Below are positions 11,934 to 25,125 of a stretch of DNA of 64,000 nucleotides, piece by piece. Position 1 is the first letter of the stretch; every line of letters starts with the position of its first letter. The notes under the pieces were generated by a model, which ran no database searches, was not told where the DNA came from, and saw only the letters and a program-made list of their open reading frames with translations. The position numbers and the translations under genes are program-made. Location of the stretch: contig NC_068989.1 in NCBI RefSeq assembly GCF_001194135.2, positions 88,511,946 through 88,575,945 on the forward strand. Direction: 5' to 3'. The DNA comes from Octopus bimaculoides. Lineage: Eukaryota.

Positions 11934-13531
11934 NNNNNNNNNNNNNNNNNNNNNNNNNNNNNNNNNNNNNNNNNNNNNNNNNNNNNNNNNNNNNNNNNNN
12001 NNNNNNNNNNNNNNNNNNNNNNNNNNNNNNNNNTATAGTAGAAGACATTTGCCCAAGGTGCCACACAGTGTGACTGAACCCAGGACCATGTGGTTGGTAA
12101 GCAAGCTACTTATCCAGGCCAACCAATGACTCATGAGTGGTTTTGGTAGACAGAAGCTAAAAAATGTATACTTATAACTGTAAGCATGACTGTGTGGTTA
12201 AGAAGCTTGCTTTACAGCCACATGGTTTCAGGTTCAGTCAGGGCAAGGTGCAAGTGTCTTCTACTACAGTCCTGGGCCAACCAAAGCCATGTGAATGAAT
12301 ATAATAGACGGAAACTGAAAAAGACCTGTCTTTTATATGTGTGTGTGTGCGTGTTATGTATCCATACCAGCATGGAAGCTGGATGTTAAACGATGATGAT
12401 GATGATGATATATATATATATATACACATGATCAGATTGAGCCTGGTGCAGCTCTGGCTCACCAGTCCTCAGTCAAACCGTCAAACCCATGCCAGCATAG
12501 AAAGCAGACGTTAAACGATGATGATAATACACACACACAACAGGCTTCATATATTCGGTTTTCCTCCACCAAATTCACTCACAAAGCATTGAGCATTGGT
12601 TGGCCCAGGACCATAGTAGAAGACTCTTGCTGATGGTGATGCGTAATGGGACTGAACCCAAAGCCATGTGGCTGCAAAGTGAATTTCTTAACCACACAGC
12701 CATACCCATGTCTCTTAATGAATTAAAATTCTATAATTTATCATTTATGTTGGTGCACACTTTAAAGAGTAATGTCCATTGTGTCGAGAAATGCTTTATT
12801 TCTAATCACAAATGATGAGCTTCATTTTTGTTTTCTCGCCTAAAACTCATAAAGGTCATCTGTTGACAGACTTTGAATGGCAACAGTTGTTTCTTAATAA
12901 ATGAAAGGTTTTTTGTTTTTTTCCTACTGAGAATACTAATGTCTGATATGCATGTGTGTCTATGTGTAGATATAAATTTGTATCTGTCACATTTTCACAC
13001 CTTCACACCTACATACACACATGTATACGTTAAGATCACTAGCATTCTCTCACACACACGCAGCTTCTCGTCTTGGGTTCACCACTTCTTTGTTATCTCC
13101 CCTTTTTCTTAGCTCTCCTGTGTGATCCTTCTGTCCGGTATTCGCCATGATAGATCGCTAACAACTACATTCATATTTTTTTCTCCTTGTTTCTTTCTGT
13201 GTTCCTTTCAGTTGAAGAGCGTAGGCTCAAAACGTCAAAGACTTTCTCTATTCCCAAGCGTTAAACTAATACATCCATTTGTTGTTTACACCACCTGTCT
13301 TCGTCTGTTGTTTTTTCCGTAAATTCTCCCATATATATATATGTGTGTATGTGTAAATATTTGTATGACTCAAACAAATAAAAGAAGTCCAGTATACTTT
13401 TACCAAGTTGACACTACACAAAAATGCACGCAGAAACACATGTAGACGTTTTCTTGCTGTGTGTGATGTAACAACAGACAAAAATTTAGAAATCCTTTTG
13501 GTGATCTCTCTCTATTCTAATCTATTTTCAG

Positions 13532-14100
13532 GTAAAAACCAGGAGCATGTGAACCATATAAAAGAAATTATAACACTACGAAAGATTATATCCACAACAG
13601 TACATACGAAATCATTATCACAGGTGCCAATCAAATTTACAAAACCTAGCAAACCACCCTTGAAAAATATCACCAAAAATGAAACCATCGTAAAAAAAAG
13701 CCAATTAGACAAAGTATTACAAATTGGAGAGACATTAAAAAACAAAACACTGGAAAAACTGTCAGCGATTGGTGTGATAAAGACTCGTCCAGTGATAAAG
13801 TTTATAAGCGAGTCTTTCAAATTAGATCTGAACATAACGATGATAGATCTTGCAGACTTCATGAAAGACACTCATAACTTGAACCAAGTCAAATTAACGA
13901 AAGGAGATATAAAAAAAAATATACCTTTGCAAAACAACTCCACTAAACCAGTGTCAAATGGTACTGCGGCCAGTCTGCTAACGAACAGTTTCTGTCGGTG
14001 CTTTCACGTGCAGTGTGTCTGTTGTGCTTGGATTAACATGACCAAACTGCATCTTAGTGAGAAAGCATGTGCAAATTTTACACTTTTACCAAAATTTCAA
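13532..14100 (+). CDS. DUF4773-like Cys-rich protein, internal coding exon (Lys/Thr-rich region plus start of the Cys domain)
   Basis: Acceptor tctattttcag|GT (phase 1), donor CAA|gtaagt (phase 0); 569 nt without a stop in AT-rich DNA; ends with CRCFHVQCVCCAW...KACANFT. Confidence 0.85.
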
Positions 14101-17100
14101 GTAAGTACTACTGGAGTTCATTTGTTTGTTTTTTTTTGTTTTTTTTTTTAATATTTTGTTATGGTTGTTTCTCCATGTTAGCATAAATTGGATGATTGTA
14201 TAATAACAAAGTATTATTTTATTTTTACAGCCAGATACTCTTCATGTAGCTAACCCTTGATTAAGCAATTTTTTTTTATTCCATGTTCCTTCAAAAGTGC
14301 AGAGCTACAGGACAATTCGCTAACAAGGAATGTCAACATCAATTTTTTGCACAGACACTTTAATGTAAAAATGTAGACTGGAAGCATTCGCAGGGATATG
14401 TGCACTTACATTTACACAACATATGCACACATACATACATACACACATACATACATACACACATACATATACATACACATGCATATACACACACATGCAT
14501 ACATACATACACACACACATGCATACATATATACATGCATGCATGGTGATTGTTCCATCTTCACAGATAGTTGCTGTCTCCTTGTGCGTTCATATTTTCA
14601 ATGGCATTTCTGATTTTCCATCCATGACTCGCTTCCGTACCATTTGAGCGCGATCGTTTCCAGCTTCACCTTACTGGCGCTTGTGCCGGTGGCATGTGAA
14701 CAAAACATTGGACTGACTCCTGTGCAGGTGGCATGTAAAAAACACCATTGGAGCGTGGCCGTTGCCAGTACCTCCAGACTGGCCCTTATGCCAGTAGCAC
14801 GTAAAAGCACCCACTACACTCTAGGAGTGGTTGGCGTTAGGAAGGGCATCCAGCTGTAGAAACTCTGCCAGATCAGATTGGAGTCTAGTGTTGCCATCTG
14901 GTTCGCCAGTCCCCAGTCAAATCGTCCAACCCATGCTAGCATGGAAAGCGGACATTAAATGATGATGATGACCTCCCAGATAACTATTTAGTCCCATTGC
15001 AGGTCTGCATGATTTGAAGCGTAAGTGACTGATGAAAGCTGTAACTTACTGTGTGCTTCCAACTTGTTAGGTCTGCACACATCACCACTCTTCTGTCAGC
15101 GTAACACTTTCAGTAGCTAGGTTGACCAATGAAAAAGACATCTGTACATCATTGGAATGTAATGATAAATGCTTGTGCCACACGAGTACCACTCCCTGAC
15201 TCTCTGTAATTAATACCAAGTGACAGGCCGAAGCAAGATGAACAATAATCACATGAAACTACAGGTTTTACATCCGAGTATTCCTCTTGTAGAAGGATGC
15301 TGTGACAATAGCTAGGTGGGTCACTCACTCATCAATGCGAGGTAACCTTGGGCATGGCTTTAAGCAGTATCTTGTAGTGGAACTCTGGTTCAAGAGTTCC
15401 AGAGTTTTAAGGAGTATGGAACCACCACTTAGCCACTATTGTTCTCAGGTCTGCTCTAACCCAGATAAATAGCACCTGTCAAGGACATACATGCATGCAT
15501 GCATCGGTATAATAGAAAAAAATATGAACAAGCCATCTCCAAGTATCAAATCAATTTCTAACATATTGAAGAAAGATATATAAAAATATAGCAAGAAACC
15601 ATGAAAAATCTAGATGGTGAAGGGTGATGATTTGATGTTGATGGGTACGTTTCTGGATGAGGTAGAAATAATTTCTCAGTGTTGATTTGGCTTAGGTAAA
15701 TAAGTAAAGTCCATGATATTGCAGGTGAAAAATTCATAAATGATAGAAAGGTAAGATGCTGGTAGTACTTTACAGCTGTTTCTGGGACAGTTGCATGTTA
15801 GATGTAGATCTGTGCATTTTATTTGCAACACAGAATGTGATATGTAACCGATCTGTCATCTGAAGATATAGTGTAGTGTAGTACAGATGTGACTTATACC
15901 AGCTATAAAATTATACCACCCACACATAAGAAGAAAACTTCTCACACACCCTACCGCAACAACCTAAACTACTTCTCTACATCTCTTCTCTTCCTCACAT
16001 TTCCATTTCATGCACTATACTAACTTCCCACTCCCCAATCCTGTCCTCTTGGCCCTGTCTCACTGTATCATTGCTATCTGCTAGCCCCTGGTCTGTGTGT
16101 TTCACCCACATGTAACAAGAAAACTTTTCACACGTCCTGCCCCAGCAAACCAATATAGATCTCTACATCTCTTCTCTTCCTCACATTTCCTCCTTCATGT
16201 TCTATGCCTACCTCTCACTCCCCAATCCTGTCCTCACAACTCTATTTTTCTGTATCATTGCTATCTGGTAGCCCCCCCCCCTCTTTCTGAGTAACCTTGT
16301 ACCTCCTCTACAGCAAGACACCTGTCTCCATTTCACTATAACCTTTCATCATCTAAGACAACATCACCCCCTCCAAAACTCCCTCCCTTCTTGGTGACCC
16401 TATCAGCGCAGGTGCCACTTAAAAAGCATCCAATCCACACTGTAAAGTGGTTGGCATTTAGAAGGGCATCCAGCTGTAGAAACTTTGCCAAAACTGACCT
16501 CGCCTGTGCCTGTGCTACATAAAAAAGCACCAAGTCCACTCTGCTGGGTGTTTGGTGTTAGGAAGGGCATCCAGCTGTAAAAATCCTGCCAAAACAGTCA
16601 CATACGTCTGGTGCAGGCTTCTGCCTGGCGGGCTCCTGTCAAACCGTCCCACCTGTGCCAACATGGAAGGTGGACATTAAACAATGATGATGATATAGTA
16701 TACTTGTAAGCTATACTAGCTGTTGTACCTTCTTAAAGCTAAAGGTGATGAAGTTATCTCTAAGAGGCTCAACTTGCTAGAAATAGTAACCCTATCACCA
16801 CTTAAACTACCATTCCCTAAAAAAGGGAAAGTCTGATTATACAATGTCATTCAAAATAATCTATATCTAATTAAACGACGGAATGGTCACAGCTGAAAAA
16901 TATTTGATTGTATCTCTTGTAGATTAAGATGGAATTAGGATTAAGGAACAATAACATCTGCTGCAAAAGTTGACCGATCTTTTAATGAAAGAAATAGTTA
17001 AAATCTCTTTGCTCTTTCCAGATGTTGTCAGTGAATTGCTGCAACTTTCAGACATAAAATGTTTGAACAGAGTTTAACAAAACAATAGAAGTTAATTTTT

Positions 17101-19122
17101 ATTATGAGACATTTTCAGGAATCGTATTGATGTTTCCAACATTTTATTGCCGGCAAGATTTTTATCGGTACATTTTGAAATGGAATCTTGTTGCACAGCT
17201 TGAAATGTGTGGAGAACGCAAACCTTGTGGTAATTATAAATGAAATGAGTTGCAATTCATTGATGAGTAATTTGGTTTGAGGTTGTGTGGGCGTGTGAAA
17301 CTTCTTTCATTAGACTGTGACCATGCTGGGGAATCACCTTGAAGAATTTTAGTCAAATAAATCAACTCCAGTATCATCATCATTGTTTAATATCTGCTTT
17401 CCATGCTGGCATGGGTTGGATGGCTTGACTGAGGACTGGCAGACTGGGAGACTGCACCAGGCTTCAATCTGATTCAGCAAGGTCCTACAGCTGGATGCCC
17501 TTCCTAACGCCAACCACTCCGAGAGTGTAGTGGGTGCTCTCTATGTGCCACCGGCACGGAGGCCAGTCAGGCGACACTGGCATCAACCACACTCAAATGG
17601 TGCTTTTTATGTGTCACTGGCACGGGTGCCAGTCAGATGGCACTGGAATCGGTCATGCTCAAATGGTGCTTTTTACACACACACACACACACACACATGG
17701 GTGCCAGTTAGGTGGCACTGGCATCAGCCACGACTATGATTTCACTTGACTCAACAGGTCTTCTTAAGCACAGCATATTGCCTGACGACTGAAGGGTACT
17801 TTTAAATGGGCCAGTTATGCGACACTGGCATTGGCTGCAGCTACAATCTCACATGGCTTGTGGGGTCTTCTCAAGCACAGTATATCTCCAAAGGTCTTGG
17901 TCACTTGTCATTGCCTCTGTGAGGCGGTCACTTGTCATTGCCTCTGTGAGGCGGTCACTTGTCTATTTTTTTACAAGCCTCATCCATAATCTATTGGTCT
18001 CTTTTGCTGAAGTGGTCTGTTACAGGGACACCAACACCAATTGTCAGACAGTGGTGAGAGACAAACACAGACACAAAGACATGCACACATATATATATAC
18101 ATATATACAATGGGCTTCTTCCAGTTTCCATCTACTAAATCCACTGACAAGGCTTTAGTTGACCTGGAGTCATAGTGCCCAAAGTGCCACATTTGAGATT
18201 TTTTTTTTTTGTGACTTTGTCGGAGATGGAAAGGAATTCCAATAATCTTTTGTGGGGCCTTCCAGAGGTGTACTTAGGACTAAGTTACTGCTGGGTCCTT
18301 TCTATTTTTAAGATAGTGGGGGTGGGGGTGGGGGCACGATGCAGTCCTTGGACCCATCAAATCCTGTCAAACCATGCCAGCATGGAGTATAGTCATTAAA
18401 TTATGATGGTGGTGGTGGCAGGGGCATGCCAAAGCTGACATAGCGACATAACACAATTCTGTGGCTCATTGGATCCTCTGAAACCATCTAGCCGATTCCT
18501 GCATAGAAAATGGCCATTAAATAATAATAATAATGATGATGCTGTTTAGAACCTATCTTGTTGATTCTTACTGTTAATGATGATGTTCCTATTGTTTAGT
18601 ACCAGGACCATCCTAACCCCATAAAGTAGTAGCAGTAGTAGTAGTAGCTGCAGGCATGGCTGTGTGCTTAAGATATTCACACCTTAACCACATGTGCAAC
18701 AGTTCTCAACGCCTGTGGTTGTGTGCTTCGTCACAACATAACTTTATATTTATTTACTTCATTTTGAAATAGTATTGTCATAAACTATAAAGTGTCTACT
18801 GAATTTTGTCCTACATTCATGGCCCGGTGAACTACATAGTTACTGTGCTGTTGTCATCATCACCATCATCACCATAATCATTTTCATGTCTGTTTTTTTT
18901 CTTTTTTCTCCATACCTGCATGGGTCGGATTTATTTCTTCTCCAACACAACATTCCTCCACTTGTTTATCATCTCCTTTGCAAGGCTCCACTTCCCTAAG
19001 ATCAGCCAACACCACTTCACCCCCAGCACTGGGATTCCTCTGTACCACCAGGAAATCATGTCAGTGACTGGGTAGATAGATGAGCAAAGAAGTATGTTCA
19101 ATACTTTATAACAGTGTATATA

Positions 19123-19688
19123 TGAGGGTGAGTCAAAAAGCAATGCCATTTTGTTTAGGACAGGTATAATTACCAACACAGGAACATGTATCATACATCA
19201 AAATGAAGCTGGTCCTCTGTGGATCACATCCCTACTCCTCAACACAGTCACTGTTTCTCTCAATAACAATGTTCCACCTTCGAATGAGAGCATGTATCCC
19301 TGCCCCGTAAAATTCTGTTGACTGTTCTTTGAGCCACTTCTTCACTACAGTTTCCACTTCCTCGTCACTGGAATAATGTTTGCCTCTCAAACCCTCTTTC
19401 ATGGGGCCGAAGAGATGATAGTCTGAAGGCACTAAATTATTCCAGTGACGAGGAAGTGAAAACTAGTGAAGAAGTGGCTCAAAGAACAGTCAACAGAATT
19501 TTACGGGGCAGGAATACATGCTATCATTCGAAGGTGGAACATTGCTATTGAGAGAAACGGTGACTATGTTGAGGAGTAGGGATGCGATCCACAGAGGACC
19601 AGCTTCATTTTGATGTATGATACATGTTCCTGTGTTGGTAATTACACCTGTCCTAAACAAAATGGCATTGCTTATTGACTCACCCTCA
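19123..19688. mobile_element. Foldback non-autonomous mariner made of two 3' ends
   Basis: Arms 19123-19377 and 19436-19688 are reverse complements, with TA on both flanks. The minus strand encodes PSDYHLFGPMKEGLRGKHYSSDEEV...W, the mariner transposase C-terminus following SPDLAP. Confidence 0.9.
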
Positions 19689-20509
19689 TATTATTATAAA
19701 TGAGAGCAACAACGACTAACTGTAAGTGTTTGTACATTGTTTTAATAGCAACTCTGACTCCTATCAAAACACAATCGTTTCTGTTTGAAAAGACACTATC
19801 TCAGATCAAAATACTTGTCAAACAAGAACACGTATTGATTACTGCACCGTTTGCTTGGTCTGAGTTAAATAAGTGATTTTTGTTATCTTGACCTTGTTCA
19901 CGATGGCCCACAGTGAGGTTCAAGAGATATTGCTTCTTGCCTTATGTGATTACTGCAGGATAGTGTTGAACAGCAGGTGTCTTATGTTTCCATTGTAGAT
20001 TGTCTTCTATCTTTTACTTGTTTCAGTCGTTGGATAGTGGCCATGCTGGAGCACCACTTTGAAGAATTTTTTGAGTCAGATGAATTGACCCCAGTAACTA
20101 TTTTTTTTTTTAAGCCTGGTACTTCTTTGGATGGGGTGGGGGCAGTCGATTAGATCGACCCCAGTATGCAACTGGTACTTAATTTATCAACCCCGAAAGG
20201 ATGAAAGGCAAAGTCAACCTCAGTGGAATTTGAACTCAGAACGTAAACACAGGAGAAATACTGCTAAACATTTTACCCAGCATGCTAACGATTCTGCCAG
20301 CTCTAGATTAAATATTTTACCTGTTTTATGTTTAAAATGGCCAGATCCAGTCCCTCACACCTTAGTCAACAAAGTCATTTTAAAAATAAGCAGTCATATT
20401 ATCCAAATCTTGAAGCTATAAGATTATGCTTGATTAATTCAAAACAATGTGAATAAATAAGCGTTATATTTGACAGAGTAAGCTGAATGCTAAAGGGTTA
20501 AACTGATTT

Positions 20510-21060
20510 GGTCAGTGTTCCTCTTGAACAATTGCAAGTTGATGGTGGCAGGCAAAGCATGGACGGGGGGAAAGAGTTCCAGAGGGATGCTGTTCTAAGG
20601 AGGAAGAATTGTGCGTATGTGGGGTTTGTTGTGAAGTGGAGCTAAAAATATGGATGACGAAGGAAGCGGGGAGATGTGCAAATCAAGAGTACCTGGGTGG
20701 GGGTTATATGAACCCTGGCTGCTCCAAGGAGCAGAGGCCATAAGTTGGAATGTGTTGGCAAGTAATTTCATTACCAATCAATCAGATGGATCTGCTTTGA
20801 ATCCAGCCTCAGATGTGGAAGAAGAGGGTCTTACTTGAACTTTGTAGAGAATCTGTAGTTGGTTGGGGCTGAAATATTTTCTGGCTTTGAAGTGTTTGTG
20901 GTACACTTTTTGCTATGTTGAAGATATGAGTTCATGAGGAGAGAAACTTAGTGGTGACAGTAAGGCCTGGTATTTGTAACAACCTTGGTAGCTCTAGTTG
21001 TGTGTTATTCTTAACGGTGGCATATGATGATTTGTGTGAAGGTCTGCCATGATTCGGCCT
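20510..21060 (-). mobile_element. Decayed CR1/L2-type LINE 3' fragment
   Basis: KYFSPNQLQILYKVQVRP and RTASLWNSFP motifs; boundaries approximate. Confidence 0.6.
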
Positions 21061-21539
21061 AGTATAATTGGTGGGGCATAAAAACTTTTCCTGTTGCACG
21101 AGGGACCTGCTACAGTTTATTAATAAATCATTCCATTTTGTTAAATTAAAGTAATAAAAAACTGCATTACGAATCTAATGTACTACAGTAATTGTGTAGT
21201 ATCTAAGATTAGCATTAAACTGTTGTCATATAAAATGCTAATAGCGATTACTGTGAACAACATCTGATATTGTTTTGTTAACAACCCAAGAATTTGACCT
21301 GACTAAATCCTTATTTCTCTGTGTATATTACTCTTGTAAAAAAAATTATAAACAGAGTAGAGTCTATGATGAAATTACAAATTTTGTCTCCATAACATCT
21401 GGCCACAAGTAGTCACACAGGATGTGTACTTGTAGAATACCACTTGCCATCTTTGGTAAGGGTGCAGTGCTCATCTAGCATATCCAGAATTTTAATTCCT
21501 GCAGAAGCATCATCTCCATGCAACCCAGACATTTCATAT

Positions 21540-22140
21540 GCTTCCATGGAATTTGATCACAGAAACATCTTTCCAAGGCATGGGTTAGACAGTTTGAGTG
21601 GGGCTGATAAGCCAGAGAGCTGTATCAGGCTTCAGTCTGATTTGGTATGGTTTTCTACAGCTGGATGCCCTTCCTAATGCCAACCACTCCAAGAGTGTAG
21701 TGGGTGCCTTCTTCTATATGTCACTGGAACTGGTCATGACTATGGTTTCACTTGGCTTAACATGTCTTCTCAAGCACAACAAATCACCGAAGGTCTCGAT
21801 CACTTCATGAGTCTCAACATCTAAAACCATGCTTCACCACCTCATTCCATGTCTTCCTGGGTCTACCTCTACCACAGGTTCCCTCCACAGTTAGAGATTG
21901 GCACTTCTTTGCACAGCTGTCCTCGTCCATACACATCACATGTCCACACCAGCACAGTCTTCTCTCTTGCACACCACATCTGATGCCTCTTATGCCCAAC
22001 TTTTCTCTTAAGACACTCACACCCTGTCATACATGCACACTGACATTGCACATCCAGTGAAGCATATTAGCTTCATTTCTTTCAAGCCTTCGCATATCCT
22101 CTGCAGTCTCAGCCCATGTTTCACTGCCGTATAGCATGGC
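21540..22140 (-). mobile_element. RTE-clade LINE 3' fragment with 3' UTR
   Basis: RLCWCGHVMCMDEDS...GTCGRGRPRKTWNEVV is a degenerate RTE C-terminal RLRWxGHVxRM...GRPxxxW motif; the adjoining 3' UTR matches many dispersed repeats in the window. Confidence 0.8.
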
Positions 22141-22249
22141 TGTTCACACACACACATATAATAAAGATAATCTGACAAAGGCTAGTAGGTTGAAACTTCG
22201 AAGTTACAGTCACCCCTCTTCTTGTAAAAGTATAATAAACAACTCTCTA

Positions 22250-22419
22250 TCTGTCTAGCTATCTATTTCTCTATCTGGCTATCTTTCTCTCTCTATTTAT
22301 CCATCCATCTCTCTCTTTCTATCAGCTTCTCTCTCTCTCTCTCTCTCTTTTTCCCTCTCTTTCTTTTTCTCTCTCTATTTATCTGTCTATCCATCCATCT
22401 CTCTTTCTCTTTCTCGGTC

Positions 22420-22450
<31 letters not shown>

Positions 22451-22619
22451 CGCTAGCTTGTTATCTGTCTCTCTCTCTCTCTTTGTCTCTCTTTGTCTCT
22501 TTCTTTCTCAGTCTCTATCTAGCTAGCTTGTTATCTCTCTCTGTCTCTCTCGCTATCTATCTCTCTATCTAGCTAGCTACCTTTCTCTGTTTATCCATCC
22601 ATCTCTCTCTTTCTATTAG

Positions 22620-22661
<42 letters not shown>

Positions 22662-22840
22662 GCTATCTATCTATCTATCTATCTATCTATCTCTATCTAT
22701 CTATCTATCTATTTCTCTATCTGGCTATCTTTCTCTCTCTATTTATCCATCTCTCTCTCTCTCTCTCTTTTTCCCTCTCTTTCTTTTTCTCTCTCTATTT
22801 ATCTGTCCATCCATCCATCTCTCTTTCTCTTTCTCGTCTT
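22250..22840. repeat. Compound (CT)n/(CTAT)n pyrimidine-rich tract
   Basis: About 590 bp of CT/CTAT repeats with internal block duplications, ending about 30 bp before the acceptor at 22873. Confidence 0.95.
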
Positions 22841-22872
22841 AACAGTTTCTTTGTTGTTTTTTCTTTTTTCAG

Positions 22873-22930
22873 GAATTTGCATTCCGCTTTGTCTTCAACA
22901 ACAAGCTTGTCTATAATCAAACTATCACAG
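22873..22930 (+). CDS. DUF4773-like protein, 58-nt exon (EFAFRFVFNNKLVYNQTIT)
   Basis: Acceptor ttcttttttcag|GAA, donor ACA G|gtaagc; phases 0 and 1 join the two flanking exons exactly; supplies the expected strands before NPP. Confidence 0.85.
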
Positions 22931-23028
22931 GTAAGCAACGACAGCGGCTCAGCCATGTTTGTTTTGTTGTTGTCATTATTTTTTTTCTTTTTGTTCATTG
23001 CATAACATGGAGTCTGTTAAATAAACAC

Positions 23029-23074
<46 letters not shown>

Positions 23075-23767
23075 NNNNNNNNNNNNNNNNNNNNNNNNNN
23101 NNNNNNNNNNNNNNNNNNNNNNNNNNNNNNNNNNNNNNNNNNNNNNNNNNNNNNNNNNNNNNNNNNNNNNNNNNNNNNNNNNNNNNTGCTGATGGTGGCG
23201 GCAGCGGTGGTGGTGCTGATGGTGGCGGCGGCGGCGGTGGTGGTGCTGATGGTGGCGGCGGTGGTGCTGATGGTGGCGGCGGGAGTCCAGTGATGAAACA
23301 AACATGGACATTATTGAGTTTATTGAGGTTATTCACAGGAAGCAGTTTCTCCATTCAGGCTGTAAATAGACTGTTTGTCAAGGATATGAGACAGAGCTGT
23401 CATCGTCATCGTCATCATCATCAGAGAAACTGGATCAATCTTTCATCTTTAATCTCTTATTTGTTTCGGTCATTGGACTGCAGCCTTGCTGGGGGGTGGG
23501 GGTGGGTGTCACCTTGAACAATTTAGTCAAACAAATTGACTCCAGTTGTTTTGCTTTTCAAGTCTGGTGCTTATTCTATCAGTTCGTTTTGCTGAACCGC
23601 TAAGTTATAGAGATGTTAAGAAATCTACACCAGTTGTCAAGTAACAGTGGGGTGGTGGGAGACAATACGCATATATACACATGCACACACACATACATAC
23701 ATACATACATACATCCGCGCACATGCACACACACATAAATAGACACACACACATACATACACACAGA

Positions 23768-24000
23768 AGACGGCGAGCTGGCAGAATCGTTAGCACGCCA
23801 CGACGAAATGCTTAGCGGTATTTCCTCTGCCGCTACGTTCTGAGTTCAAATTCCGCCGAGGTCGACTTTGCCTTTCATCCTTTCGGGGTCGATTAAATAA
23901 GTACCAGTTACGCACTGGGGTCGATATAATCGACTTAATCCGTTTGTCTGTCCTTGTTTGTCCCCTCTGTGTGTAGCCTCTTGTGGGTAGTAAAGAAATA
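23768..24000 (+). mobile_element. tRNA-derived SINE (same family, well-preserved copy)
   Basis: GGCGAGCTGGCAGAATCGTTAGC...GAGTTCAAATTCCGCC...CCTTTCATCCTTTCGGGGTCGA. Confidence 0.88.
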
Positions 24001-24020
24001 ACACACATATATAGACACAC

Positions 24021-24074
<54 letters not shown>

Positions 24075-24559
24075 ACACACAAACACATACATACAAACAT
24101 AAAATGGTCTGTTACACAGTCTCTGTTTACCAAATTCACTCACAAAGCATTGGTTGGCTCAGGGCTATAGTAGAACACACTTGCTTGAGATGCTGTGCAG
24201 TGGGATGGAGCTCAGATCCACATGGTTTCAAAGTGAACCTCTTAACGGTGAGTGTGATGCAACCTTGTGGTTCACCAGACTCTGTCAGACCATCCAACAC
24301 ATGGAAAGCAGATGGAAGACGATGATTGCACAAGAAGTTTAGGCAAAAATGAAGTGTAGAATGTGCAATCATCATCATCGTCATCATCATCATTGTTGTT
24401 GTCATCGTCATCATTTAACATCTGTTTTCCATGCTACCAGGGGTTGGATGCTTTGACAGAATCCGGTGGACTGCATCATTGCTCGTTGTCAGTGATAAAA
24501 AGGGGGGAAAAAATCACGTAGCAATATAAAGTTAGTATATTACACTGTTACTACAAACA

Positions 24560-24715
24560 GGGGTGGCTCTGTGGTAAGTAGCTTGCTTACCAACCACATG
24601 GGTCTGGGTTCAATCACACTGTGTGGCACCTTGGACAAGTGTCTTCTACTATAGCCTCAGGCCGACCAAAGCTTTGTGAGTGGATTTGGTAGACAGACAC
24701 TGAGAGAAGCTGATC

Positions 24716-24755
<40 letters not shown>

Positions 24756-24960
24756 GTTTGTGTGTCTGTGTTTGTCCCCTCACCATCGCTTGACAACCAA
24801 TGTAGGTGTGTTTACATCCCCGTAACTTAGTGGTTCGGCAAAGGAGACCAATAGAATAAGTACTAGGCTTACAAAGAATAAGTCTTTGGGTTAATTTGTT
24901 CTACTAAAAGCTGTGCTCCAGCATGGCTACAGTCAAATAACTGAAACGAATAAAAGAATA
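24560..24960 (+). mobile_element. Composite SINE (same family)
   Basis: Same two-unit architecture. Further copies at about 30922-31240, 35724-36118, 40015-40310, 50270-50560 (+) and 56430-56770 (-). Confidence 0.8.
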
Positions 24961-25081
24961 CACATATACACACACACATATTTACACATACATATACACA
25001 AACACATGCACATATACATGTTTATATGTATATGTGTATATATACGTATACGGACGTTAAACGATGATGATGATGATGATG

Positions 25082-25125
<44 letters not shown>

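Noticed and set aside
13408-13531. 5' extension of the 247-aa ORF as an N-terminus
   Set aside because: It starts at a non-ATG codon and precedes a good polypyrimidine/AG acceptor; treated as intron.
13512-13871. 119-aa minus-strand ORF
   Set aside because: Antisense shadow of the real plus-strand exon.
23187-23290. Poly-Pro/His/Ala ORFs
   Set aside because: GC-rich trinucleotide repeat next to a gap inside an intron; no splice support.
23768-23860. tRNA gene
   Set aside because: The A/B-box head is attached to a SINE body with many copies; no complete cloverleaf.
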